From positions 972,952 through 1,036,951 of the forward strand of contig NW_003314307.1 of NCBI RefSeq assembly GCF_000143415.4: a stretch of 64,000 nt of DNA, written 5' to 3'. The DNA comes from Selaginella moellendorffii. Its lineage: Eukaryota; Plantae; Lycopodiophyta. Position 1 is the first letter of the stretch, and each line of letters begins with the position of its first letter. A program made the translations under genes and the position numbers. This document shows positions 52,574 to 64,000 of the stretch, piece after piece. Under the pieces are notes generated by a model. It had not been told where the DNA came from, did no database searches, and worked only from the letters and a program-made list of their open reading frames with translations.

Positions 52574-53506
52574 TTACTCGCGCGACTCCTTGTTTCCTGA
52601 ATGCACCTCGGTATCCAAACCTTCCACCGCAGCAGCACCAACGGGACGTTGCTGACGCCAAAGTCTCCACCTAAGAAATGGAGGTCGCCAATCCGGAAAG
52701 CGCTGACAACACCGATAAGTATGACCAACTTCATCACACGCCCAGCAACGAACATCACGGCCACGACCACGTCCTCGCCCTTGTCCTTGGACTCGAGTAG
52801 CAGTAGCATCAACCTCCATTGGAACAAGACTATCACTCATAGAAAGTGGAGCTGAAGGACGTGCAGTGAGAAGTGGAAGAAGCGACATCTCATAACGTTG
52901 TGCCAAGCGAAGAGCATCGTCAAGGGTGGTAGGAGCAAGTGCATACACAAGGCCAACAAGATTTTGACAAAGTGCTGGCCACAACATTCCTAGCTTGATC
53001 TGCTCCAACATATTAGGCTTCGCACGAAGCAAAAGACTTCGGAAACGAATGCCAAATTGCATCACTGACTCAGATGGCCCTTGGCGAAGACGATGCAATT
53101 GTTGGAAGGCATCATCACAATCGTCGGCATGTCCGAAGGTGCGTTTGAAGACGTCCGGAAGAACACTCCAATCCCCACGAGTGGCCGCACTCAATCCATT
53201 GTACCACTGCAATGCCGTCCCTTGGAGACACGTGGGAAACTCACGCAAACGTCGAGCATCATCCCAAGAATGATATGTGGCAATCACCGTGTAGTGATCG
53301 AACCAATGGTACACATCATCCCCAGGATTCCCACGAAAGAACTCCGGCTGAACGCGAGGATTGGCACCAAGAGCAGGAGGAGTTGGACCACGTGCCGTGA
53401 ATGCCGCCATCAATTGAGTTTGGTTGTTCAATTGCAAGTGCATAACATCAAGCAAGTGAACCAACTGCTGCTCTAGAGTTAAAGGAGGAGATTGCGGATC
53501 GGCCAT
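52574..53506 (-). CDS. gag: Gypsy gag (open frame, 310 aa)
   Basis: PEFFRGNPGDDVYHW, LRQGPSESVMQF and CWACDEVGHTYRCC, ending ..HSGNKESRE*. Confidence 0.9.
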   Translation of the reverse strand: MADPQSPPLTLEQQLVHLLDVMHLQLNNQTQLMAAFTARGPTPPALGANPRVQPEFFRGNPGDDVYHWFDHYTVIATYHSWDDARRLREFPTCLQGTALQWYNGLSAATRGDWSVLPDVFKRTFGHADDCDDAFQQLHRLRQGPSESVMQFGIRFRSLLLRAKPNMLEQIKLGMLWPALCQNLVGLVYALAPTTLDDALRLAQRYEMSLLPLLTARPSAPLSMSDSLVPMEVDATATRVQGQGRGRGRGRDVRCWACDEVGHTYRCCQRFPDWRPPFLRWRLWRQQRPVGAAAVEGLDTEVHSGNKESRE

Positions 53507-53740
53507 GAAGATGAACGAAAAAGAAAAAAGCAAAAGAAGAGAAATGACAAAAAGCTGGAAAGAAATGGTAGATCTAGACAATGCAAAAAGCTAGATCTAA
53601 ACCAAAATCCTGAAAGGAAAGAACAAAAGAAAGGAAATGGAAAAAGCTAAATCTAGACAATGCAAAAGCTAAATCTAAACCGAAATCCCAAATCCAAGCA
53701 CTCCCCATGGACAATCAAAGGTGCCCCTCACTTCCACCAA

Positions 53741-53915
53741 TGTGAGTGCATGGAATATGGAACAGAAATACAGAAATGTGCATATCAATTAGCCCAAAAA
53801 CCCTAGCTTATATACAGGAGCGAGTGGTCTGGATTGAAACCAATCCGACGGCTACCAAAATCCCACTACGCTAATATTAGTATACGGCATTGTAGCCGTA
53901 CACTTGGCCCTCACA
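53741..53915 (-). repeat. 5' LTR (175 bp)
   Basis: Matches 47780-47954 with 11 substitutions. The PBS is adjacent at ~53722-53739. Confidence 0.97.
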
Positions 53916-56200
53916 AGTAGAAAAGAGTTTGATGATATTTCTAAATAACTAGAAAATTCTAATGACTGAACAAAAAGAGAAAAAATATATATATTCCGCA
54001 TCTTCTTGAATTATAGATATATAAATATATATCATAATATAGATATGTATAATTAAATCATATAAGTTAATATTACTTAAGAGTCTTACTAAGTTTGTAA
54101 AAAAGTCAAATTTTATGTTGATAGTAATTTACAAAGCTAAGAATAGATACTTTTAATGCTTAACTAATTTTATAGAATTGAAAATTTTGTTATAAATTTT
54201 TTTAAATAAAGTATAGCTAAATAGTGAATTTAATTTTAATAATTTTAATAAGTAACTTATAGTCTAATTTAATGGATTCTAAGAACCTTTAAATTCTTAA
54301 TAAATATTAACTTTTATAGTTGGTAATAACCAATGTAGTTATAATTACCCCTCTAACACCATATATAAACTCTCCAATTAGAAGATGTATAATTTAAATT
54401 AAAAAATATTTAACCCTAACTATGAAAAATCTAAATGTTATTCACTTTAGTTGTTTACAATACATAAATTTACAATGAAAATTAAAACCCTTTAACTAAT
54501 TAAAAAGGGGTGTGCACTCTTATTGATGGGTCTTTTTATTCTATATTTAAACCCCGATAGATACTCTATTAAACTGTCCTTTTTTATTATTTACAGAAAT
54601 TTATTATTTTCAATATATATTACTAGCATAATAAATGTTATTTTTAGTCTTTATTGTTTTAAAATAAACATTATTATTTTTAAAACTTATTTTATTTTTA
54701 AAAATATCCATAAAAAGTCTATAAATATTATATTTTCAAATTTAGTGATATACTCAATTTTGTGCAAGGATTAAAATTTTTAAACCTGATACTCAAACAA
54801 CTAAGTGGCTTAGTTTTTATGAATAAGGGAACTAAAAGTAGAAATAAAGTAAAAATATTTAATATATTATATAACTAATTTAATAATGTAGTCAATTATG
54901 TAACTAATCACATATTTATAATTTTTACATTACTAATAATTTAGTAATTATATTTTTTATAAATAATATTTTAAAAAAATTTAATTAACTCTTTCAGTAA
55001 ATGAAAATAATTCCTCTATTATGGAACTACTTTAATTTATGGTCTTTAGTAAAACTAACATGCATTTATATAGTATATGGATATTATGAAGAAATATAAT
55101 ATTAGTTTCTTTACATGTTTATTACTACTTGGTAAATACGCTAATATTAATTAGTAGTGTTAACATAAAAGCATGCTAAAAATCCTCCTTAGGTCTACTA
55201 TAAAGCTCCTGTCTACTTGCTGTAGAAGTGAGTATGTCTGGATCTCTAACCCGTTTGCAGCAGTATTTTATAAAATAGAATCTTGGGAATCTCTGCTGTA
55301 ATATATTTTTGGTTGATCCCAATCAAGTTATGAAGAACAGGGGCATGGGAGGAGTTCTTTATGTTGTCCAGTCAGTGTCAGAAAAATTGACATTGAGCTC
55401 TACCACCTTAGTCTCAAGCAACCATACTATTAAAGGAATTTGTGACTCCGATTAGGAATGTGTCTGAATCTAAAGCCATATCATAGAGATTTTAGAGTCA
55501 TGAGAGGGTGATGGAGAAGGGATTAAAGATTTTGAACATTACTCAAAAAGAAGATTTTTGAAAAAAGTGGTAGTAGACATGAATGTGGAGAAAGATGAAT
55601 GGAATGTGGTGTGAGAATGGAAAATGGTTTGAGGAAGATGGCTGGATAGCCTCAAGGTTGAGAATGGTGGTGCAATCTATGATATGGACCTCTGGCAATG
55701 ATATATTATAAATCATCTTGTGAAAAATTATTGTGAAATCTAGAGCAAGCAAAGGGTTGTCAACATGTTAATTGTCATCATGATTCTTTGCTAATAATAA
55801 TTTGCAAATGTCTCAAATATGAAAGGTGATCTTATATAATATTCGACATTTCAGCTTTCTCGAATAACAAACCTTTCCTCATTAACACTTAGACCCAGAT
55901 GAGCAAATTGTGCCCAATACTAAAAAGGTACTATCAAACATTTATGTCCACTTACCTTAATTAAAAAAGACATGAAAGTACTTAATTTAGACACTTTTAC
56001 TGGTATCATATGGTAGGATATCCATCTAGCTACTAATGTCTTGTCTTCTTTGGCAAATCCAAATTCAAATGTGCCTATGTGTGCACAAAACAATAACAAA
56101 AATAGTGTTGAATAGTCAAGCTAAAGGTGAATATCTTGAAGAAGATACCAATAGATATAAATTCTTTGGCAGCTAAAACATATAAAACATTATATCAACG

Positions 56201-57199
56201 ATGGGAAAGTTACTGCTTTGCCTCCTCTTTCTTGCAGTATTTGCATTTTCTCAGCCACCAGCACCACCAGCACTTCGAGCTAGTGTGATCTACACTGCAA
56301 ACCCCTATGTTCTCAATGCAAATCAATTTTCCCGCATTCTAAGAAATATTCTAAGGTATGCCATTGTGTGGTTCCAAGATGGCGAAACTTATCCAGTTGG
56401 GGTGAGAATTTTAGTTGTCAATTTCAGGCGATCCAGGTTTAGAATCATAGTTAATCTACATATTTTAGCTCCAGGAGCTAATGGCCCAGACACCCTTTTA
56501 CCTTTTACCTGCACCACTGACCCGACCAGTCCCTTTGGCTTTCGAGGCCAAGATTTAAGAAATATATTTCAAATAATTGTAGGATCCATACAACAAAATG
56601 CTAGATCAGATCCAGACGGGAGAACATTTTGTGGAGAAATCAGGGTTGTATTTTTAAATCTTATCATTGAATATGCCTTCTCAGCCATCCTTCCTAATGA
56701 GGGAGTACTACATGCGAGTTTTATGTCCACATTAACATCAAATTACAGTCACAACCATCCTTTGCAGGTAATCCGTTTAGGGAGGAGTGATGATCAGGAT
56801 GATCAGAACTGTTGGCCATTCTCATCATCGCTCTTTGGCCATAAGGCGGATAGAGTTGGTTCTCATATCAAATCTGGGAACAGTTTAGTCTCGCCAAATC
56901 GAAAGTTTAGACTAACCATGCAGATAGATTGCAAGCTAGTGTTGCGTAGGATTGGCGAGAATCCCATACTTTGGATTAGCCAACATAAGTATAAACCTGG
57001 GCAAGGTTGCTACGCGCATTTGCAAGAAGATGGTAACTTTCTTATCAAAGATGACAAGGATTCTATTTACTGGGCAATTGATAGATATTGCAACCCACAG
57101 CCCTTTTGCAAGGTCACAACTACTTTAGTTGTTACCAATGCTGGAAATGTTTTAGTCTTTGATGGGGAAAATCAAGCCCTCTGGAAGGCTCTGGAATAA
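56201..57199 (+). CDS. Secreted protein: unknown N-terminal domain plus bulb-type lectin domain, paralogue of 46326-47351
   Basis: Signal peptide, shared CTTDPTSP.GF and FCGEIRVVFLNL, then SLVSPNRKFRLTMQIDCKLVL, HLQEDGNFL and LWKAL. Confidence 0.85.
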   Translation: MGKLLLCLLFLAVFAFSQPPAPPALRASVIYTANPYVLNANQFSRILRNILRYAIVWFQDGETYPVGVRILVVNFRRSRFRIIVNLHILAPGANGPDTLLPFTCTTDPTSPFGFRGQDLRNIFQIIVGSIQQNARSDPDGRTFCGEIRVVFLNLIIEYAFSAILPNEGVLHASFMSTLTSNYSHNHPLQVIRLGRSDDQDDQNCWPFSSSLFGHKADRVGSHIKSGNSLVSPNRKFRLTMQIDCKLVLRRIGENPILWISQHKYKPGQGCYAHLQEDGNFLIKDDKDSIYWAIDRYCNPQPFCKVTTTLVVTNAGNVLVFDGENQALWKALE

Positions 57200-57242
57200 A
57201 ATCATACAATTCACAAACTCTCTACAGAGCTTACTTAGCTCG

Positions 57243-58002
57243 CTAGTTGGAGTATTTTCTCTTTCGCCTCTCTCCACCGCTGCTTCCACTCGTCTTGATG
57301 GAGGAGGAAGAAGGTTGATGCGGGAGGACGAGCAGTGATGGTGGCGCTGGAGCTGGAGATGGAGCGGCGTGACCAATGTGCTGGGGAGCCGGAGGAGCTG
57401 GAGGAGCCGATGGTGGCGCCGCTACTGCTGCTGTCGATGCTGGCGCTGTTGCTGCTTCTGGCATTGGACGCGGAAGGACGTGCTTGAGACGATTGCTGCG
57501 GTAGTGCTTCCAAAAGTAGAATTGTTGTCTGTGTGCTAGCTCCTGCGCACAGCCAGATGGATTAGAGATGAAAAGACAGTTCTGTGTTACCTTGTTGGCT
57601 GGGTGTACCATTGCAGCTCTGAAGTGAGAGCTTTGGAGAAGCTCGAGAAAGAACAAGCAATGAGGGTACCTGAGCAAGGAGTCCGTGAGCTAAAACAAAC
57701 TCAAGGAGCTAGCGAAGTGTTGTCAGAGTTTTCTCCAAAACAAGCTTACATTATGAATTTCGCGTACTCTGGGCGACGCCAATACTGCAAGTACTTGAGA
57801 TAATTTACAAACGCTTCATCGTCAAAGTAACGATTCTGGGCGAGGTCTGCAAAAGGCAACAATCACCCATCAGCGATCACAAAGCCAAAGCAGGGAAACA
57901 ATACGTACAGTGAATGTAGGTCGGGTTTGCGAGGCACTGGACGAACTCCAGCTCCAACAAAAATCTCTGCCGCCCTCCATCGACCTCTTCACCACTCTCC
58001 AT
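57243..58002 (-). CDS. MED31: Mediator subunit 31 (SOH1), 4 exons
   Basis: RFLLELEFVQCLANPTYIH/YLAQNRYFDDEAFVNYLKYLQYW/YPHCLFFLELLQ/ELAHRQQFYFW. Confidence 0.95.
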
Positions 58003-58189
58003 TGCTAAACCCTACACATCTTGGAGCGCATATTCTTAGCATATTTTAAATCGCTTTATTTCTCTGCAAACACGACAATTATGAATCGTAAACCAGGAGC
58101 AAAAATCTTACCTCTGTTCACTCTTTGGAACGCCATTCTTCTCGAATCTTTACGCTAAAAAATCTGTACAAATAAATCTCTATAGATCG

Positions 58190-61100
58190 CTATACTTCAT
58201 CTGGGTGTACATGCTGAGCAAAACAAACAATCAATTACACTTGATAGAGCCAAGTAAAAATCCTTACCGCGAAGCTCGCAATGTCGTGCTTGACTTCTAG
58301 TAAATCCCTCACAACGTCGTAAGTCATACTCTCGGCCTGAGCTAGCTTCGTGTTCAGCATAAATACCTGCAAGATTTTCCCGAGTCACGAAAGTGAGTGA
58401 ATGAGCTCTTCACGTTTCTACCTCTTTCTCACGAACTGTGGCCGCGGCCTCCAACTCCTCGATCCGTCTCTTGTTTGTGGAGTGCTCTTCATTACTTACC
58501 CCTAGTCCAATACACTTGAACGGGGAGCCCGAGCCTTTTGCTTTGACACAGGCCTTTTCTGGTGCACGCTGGCACGGTTTTGGCATACATCTCGTCTCCA
58601 GTGACGCTTCTAGTCGCTTAATCTGTGAATACAGCACAAGTTTAAGCTAGTTGTTCAAACGAATTCTTTTCACCTTTCTCCGGTACGCGCTAGCTTCTTT
58701 AGTAGCTGTGTCCATAAGTTCCGACACATGCTTGCGCAAGGAATTTATCTGCAAGGAAAACATCAGAACAGCAATGGAAAGAATGAACACATACCTGGAC
58801 GTCTTTTAGAAGGCCCTCCTGCCGAAAATTTTCTAGTTCTTCGTCCAGGCGTAACAGCTTAATCTTGTCAGCCGAAATACTGGTAAAGAGTAAGTGATCA
58901 GACACACTCAGCACGTAAAATGAATACAACGTACTCAGAGTAGTCTGTCGCTTGAACTAGCATCTTGGTTCTGGATAGCTCTGCCCTTAGTCTCTGCACT
59001 TCCATTTCCATGTCTTCCTTCATTATCTTCTGCATCTCTCCATCCCGTTTAATAAGACCGATCTGAACGAAGACGGGTTAAAAACTTGCAGACAATAGTC
59101 CCCATTTTACCTGATTTTCCATAGTAGCGATCGTACTTTCTAGCTCCTGCACAGACCGCTCAAGAACCTTGACCTCCTCTTCTTTATCAGTGGAAAGAAC
59201 TTGGCATTCCTCCGCTACCTGCAAAAGGCACGCAGATTAAGTATGAACCACATTTTCCTCAAGCTCAAGTACCTTGCGAGACTTCTCTGCCACCATTTCT
59301 AGTTCATCCATAGCGAACCGCGCTTTTTCAAGCTGCTCCTTGACCTTGCATAGCTCGGCGTGAAGTTCATCCCTTTCCAACAAAAGGACGCCCGAATCAA
59401 AATCCCCCTGTGACTGCAAAACTTTTCTTTCCACCAGGGAGCTCATATCAAGCAGTTCCGAATCCAAGCTCTGAATCAGATGTCGCTTATCTTCAAGGTC
59501 CTCCTCCAATCTTGTGTTCTTCAACTCTAACTCTTCAATAAGCCTTTTCTGTGATCTGTTCTCCGTCGACAGGTAGCCCGTGGTTTCTTTCAAAGTTCGG
59601 AGCTCGTTCTCAACCGACGTGAGTGTTTTCAGTAACTTAAGAAGCTCAGCCTCTGCACCATTGATCTCGTTGGTTTTTATGTCGAGCTCTTCTTGCATCC
59701 TGTTGTTTTCGTCCTGGAGTTCGATCTTCTTTTCGTGTGCTTCAGAGAAAGCCTCCTGCAGTAGGCTGATATCGTACTCTAGACCCTTGACAAGCTCGTT
59801 CTTCCTGCGGATTTCTCCAATCAGCAAATCCGTCTCGTCCATCATCTCGTACATCTTGTCTCTCAGTTCCACGAACTCGCCCCTGACATCGTCGCCAAAA
59901 CTGAATACAGTTGACATGATATCTGTCAGGTTGTCTTGGATAGCCTGCATTGTAGTCTGGACTTCATGCTCTGCGTCCGTGATGGCGTCGACCGTGTCGC
60001 ACGTAATCGTTCCAATCTCCTGCTTGATAACCTGCAAGTCGTTTTTCGCCTTATCAAGCTTGCAGCTGAGAGCCCTCTCTGGTATGGCAGCTACTTCCGA
60101 CACAGATCTTCTCACGTCACCGTGTGCACCAGATTTGGCAATCTCGTTGGCCTTGACAAGTGCGTTGAGCAGCTGCTCGGCCTCCTGAAGCATATGCTGA
60201 CTATCCTTGAACTTTTGTAGTATGGTCGCCGTTTCTTTACTCTTGGCCGCAGCCTCCAGCTTCGCTTCAGTCAACTCCACCAGAAGCTCCTCTTTCTCCA
60301 ACCTCCAGTCATTTTCCTTGCTTTTGTCCACCTCGACGCTATTGCCTCTGCTTGCCAGGATATAGTTTCGTGTCAGCTCGCGGACCACTACGAACGCCAC
60401 GTACGCCTTTTTCTCTGCTTCTCTCAGCTGCTGGTGGTACGCGTCAACTTGAACCTTCAGCTGATCTGCCTCCGATACCTGTTCCTTCTGGTGGTCGCTT
60501 ATGGATTTCATTTTCTGTTCAGCTTCTTTGGCAACACATAACGCCTGATGGAGTTTGTCTTGGAGAGCTCCAATGTGTGGACTGTACTGTTTCGAAACCT
60601 CCATGCTCTTTCCATGAAATGACTCGCGTATAATATCCTCCATTTCCTTTGCAGCAGCTACAAGTGCTTGGTCCCCCTCGGCAAGAAAGTCGAACACCTT
60701 GGACGTGGCATCCTCGCACTGTTCCTTGATCTCCCGAACTTCCGTATCTCTTTCTTGAAGTAAACTGTCATACGCTCTAGCCAATCTCGAGTTCTCTTCT
60801 GTAAGGCTGTCGGACTTGAGCTTTGAGTTTTCAAGCTCCTCAACCAAGCACGCAACTTGATCGTTAGCAGTCTTGCATTCCTCCCGTGCCTTAGCAAGCT
60901 CCTGGTTCATGCTTGCAATAGCATTTGCCGTTTCAGCTTCTACTTCGGATCGTGTATCCTCCATCTCTTTCTCATGAGCTAGCCTCAAGGCTTCTTCTCC
61001 TTGAAATAGTTGATTCCGCATACGAGCATCCTCAAGCTCTCTTCTCGTCTTTTGCAGCTTCGCCTCGAGAACCTGTTTCTCTTCATCGTCAACGTAGCCG

Positions 61101-64000
61101 ACAAGAGTTTCAGCAGAAGCCCGAATCTCAAGTTCTCTTTCCAAATCGTGGAGCTCGTTCTTTTTCTTCACTTCCCAGTTAACTAGCCGGAGTTGGTCCT
61201 TTGCTTTCTGCTCCCGGGCTTCAGACTTCGTTAGTTTCTCAGATAGCTTATTGTGCTCTTCCAGGGACGGTTCGAACTCGCTAATCAGAAAAAGCTGCTG
61301 GCTCTCCATTTGCTCTTGTACCTCTCTGGCTTCCTGCAAATGTGAATTAAGCGAAGATTCGCAACACTTATTCAGCAAACCTTTAATTGTTTCTTTAGCT
61401 CTTCTATTTCAGAGCAATAGTTTTTAGAACAGTCCTCCAGACTTCTTATCCTCGTGGCTTGTGCTATTCTGCTTTCCTCGCTCTAGAAAAGCGCAAGTGA
61501 AGCAAATTAAACGAACAGAAGCCGGGAAGTTGTTACCTCCTTTAACAAGGCTTCTAGATGAGTCATGCTCTTCTGATGTTTTCGTTCCAGGAGTTCAATT
61601 TCCTACATGAACATCACCTTCGAATTCAGTGCAAGAAGGACATGCGAACGTATACCTTCAGATGTTCTCTCGTTTTTTCTTCATTCTTTTCCTGTGAGGG
61701 ACAGGATGCAGCTTCAAGCTCGGCAATTTGCCTACTGAAAAAGGAAGACGACGCATTAATATGAGAAATGTGAACGAAAATACCTCCTCAAATTTTCGTT
61801 CTCTAGCTGGTACTCCTGTAATTTCCTCTGATAACTGGCATTCTGACATGAATTTAACTCTAGCTCAGCTTCAAGAGACTCCCTCTGAATGGAATAAGTT
61901 TTTAATCTTTAAATTCGTAAGTGAAACGTGAAAAATAGATACCAGCTGGTTAAGCTTCAAAAACTCAGCCGATAAAAGAGTGTTGATGTCTCTTCTTCTC
62001 TTGGGAGTGCATCTCTGTAGTTATCAATGAATCGCAGCCCTTCCTATAACAAATGAATTTTATTACCTTTCGATGCTCACTAGAGAGCACATTGTCAGCG
62101 TCACAATCCTCGGAGGATGGAGATGTACATGTCCCACTAGACTGAGAGCGTAAGCGGTTCACCTCTTCCTGAATGAATCATCACATACAGATGAAGGATA
62201 AAAACCGAACACGCATACTTTGAGTTTGTAAATTTGTTGTCGTAGAACATTAACATCACGCGATGTATCTTCGTTTACCACGGCCTGCCCCAAACGAGTA
62301 TGGAGTAAAGCACAAACTTTCATAAAACGTACATTATTGCAGATGAACTTCGCCCTTTGTGCAAACTTTAACGTGCTTAGTGTGTCCAAGGAACAGCTGC
62401 AATAAAATGCTTAACACGAAAACAGTAGCAGTAAATCGTACCAGATCGAAGGACTCACGGTGCTGATTATCATTGTTTTAGAGTTCCCTCCTAAGGAATC
62501 CTGTTCCAATATTATCAATAACAGATCAAAGAAAAATAATGGACTCGACTAAACCTGAAGAAGATACGTAAGCTTTGAATCACGATATGGAACATGTCTT
62601 TGCTTTCCATTAGCAACGTCCACTAATACCATAATGACGAGCCTAGAGAAAGAAACATAAGCAGATGATGAACGAGTTTTCGAATCATGCTCACCCAAGC
62701 GTTGATAGAGATTTGTTGATATTCACAGCCTCTTTCAACCTATCATTTTCAGCGCCCGAAGACTTCTGCCTGCAAGAGATTCAATCAACCCCGTAAAGCA
62801 CGAACAACGTACCTCTCAGAACCAGCTAGATCAACCAAGTTTAGCCTTCCGTATCTTCGATTAATTACTGCCTCTCGTTCCCACTGTAGAAGACGTTTTA
62901 GTGAAAATTGGTGTACTACAAAATGCATACCGTGCTTTCGATAACGCAAGTCAAAACACTATGCGAGCGGCTACTCTCCCTGTTCATATTCGTAGCAGCA
63001 ACCTTGCGGTTAGATGCTCCCTGTAAGTAAAAACATGAATGCCATTTAAGTCTTAACCGGGGCTTGACAAAAACCTGAAGCAGAAGTTGCGTGACATCTT
63101 TCAAGCAGTTGACTTCAAACTCTGAAAGGCTTTCGACATAAACACCTTTCCTTGCATCCTCTCTCACTTGCAAGTTCGTTGATGAAGGTTCGAGAAGATC
63201 AGTAATCTGTTCGTTGTAGATTTCCAGGAACGAGCATCTACATGTATATCTAAGGTTTTCGTCTTTACGACCTTGTTCTTCCTGAAAAGAAAAACATTAG
63301 AGGCTTCAAAACTTACCCAGAAGGATAATCTTGCCTTTCGGATGGTAGAAAATAGGTGCTCAAAAGCTCGAAGAATCAGACCACGATTCTCACTATCTTT
63401 GCTAGTGATATCACCAAGCATGGTATGCGTCTTGCCACTACCAGTCTGCATTTTCCATCTTAATTTTAAATACTAAGACAACGTAATAAAAACAGCAGAC
63501 CTGGCCGTAAGCAAACACACAACTGTTGTACCCTCGCATACAATTTTCAACCATAGGCATTCCAGCAATTCTAAAGAGCTTATCCTGCCATGTCAAACGT
63601 TAGAAAGCAAGCTAGACAACGTAGCTTGATCTACCTGAGTGATAGCCTCGCACGCAACATGATCAAATGTGAATCTGGTGTCCGGATTTCCGAGCCAGGT
63701 TAAACTATGAGCACTATCTTGCCTGATGCATGTATCATATCCTTCTGCAGCAATCTCGTGGCTACTCAGTGGTCGAATTCTTATAAGCACCTGAAAAACA
63801 CGCGGGAAGTTGCAAAACCGAGGAAAGAATGGAACTTTCAGCCAGAAGAGAAAGTGACAATGATATAAAGTAATACCTGGACACTGTGCTCCAGCCAAAA
63901 CGAACTGTCTTCCTCGAGATCAAAAACGGGTTGGCAGTCTGGATGGACGGCCGCAGAATTAAAAACTTTAGAGCTGTTATGTCCTGCCCTCTGTGGAGTG
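58190..64000 (-). CDS. Kinesin-12 (phragmoplast-orienting kinesin/KIN12-like), 5' end outside the window
   Basis: [48 protein letters not shown] and TLKFAQRAK, then a long coiled coil and [17 protein letters not shown]. The 3' end is inferred. Confidence 0.92.

Larger units (their letters stand above)
47987..52600 (-). pseudogene. pol: Gypsy pol (protease, RT, RNase H, integrase), interrupted
   Basis: ORF pieces at 51966-52670, 51659-51940, 51169-51585, 50827-51057, 50410-50748, 48770-49336 and 47987-48769 carry the motifs in Gypsy order. Confidence 0.95.
47780..53915 (-). mobile_element. Full-length, decayed Ty3/Gypsy LTR retrotransposon (gag-PR-RT-RH-IN)
   Basis: 175-bp LTRs TG..CA, 4-bp TSD AGTA, PBS-like TGGTGGAAG and PPT AAGAGGAGGGGA. 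Motifs: CCHC knuckle, VDTGS, KTAFRTPFGLYEFLVMPFGL, FIDD, VDASD, HPQSDGLVER and GPY. pol has several stops and frameshifts. Confidence 0.97.

Noticed and set aside
52664-52680. CTT AGG resembling the Ty1 +1 frameshift site
   Set aside because: The +1 frame stops at 52552, and the protease lies in the -1 frame.
53920-56150. AT-rich spacer upstream of the second lectin gene
   Set aside because: No supported ORF, termini or repeat structure seen.

Overview
Eukaryotic land-plant nuclear DNA with very short introns (about 50-80 bp) and very short intergenic gaps. An ALDH21-type fragment and the gene style suggest a lycophyte such as Selaginella (inference only). There are three assembly gaps. 1-13.3 kb is an AT-rich transposon zone: LTR/Gypsy relics, a (CT)78 run, a string of captured gene fragments (alpha/beta-hydrolase, TIC32-like SDR twice, PPR, ALDH21, acyl-activating enzyme), two long inverted repeats and two Helitron-type 3' hairpins. 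13.4-21 kb is a compact gene block: alpha-SNAP, TOC34, an unusual cyclophilin, MSBP, tRNA-Phe and a DEM/VID27-like gene. 22-33.6 kb holds two copies of an orphan ~100-aa ORF, degenerate repeats, an LRR fragment and a CYP85-clan P450. The main finding is at 33742-36729 (-): a complete 16-exon class II fumarase gene with no stop codon. It reads through an 11-aa linker into a 216-aa proteasome-beta/HslV-like Ntn threonine-protease domain that retains the catalytic residue set, so it is a candidate self-cleaving fumarase-protease polyprotein. Downstream are mitochondrial-type rpl36, two intronless orphan genes, an EMB2735-like gene, an MSL channel and LSm6. A pair of secreted 'unknown domain + bulb lectin' paralogues is separated by a full-length decayed Ty3/Gypsy element that itself carries a nested LTR insertion. 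The window ends with MED31 and a 5'-truncated kinesin-12 (POK-like). All family assignments come from motif recognition, not database searches.
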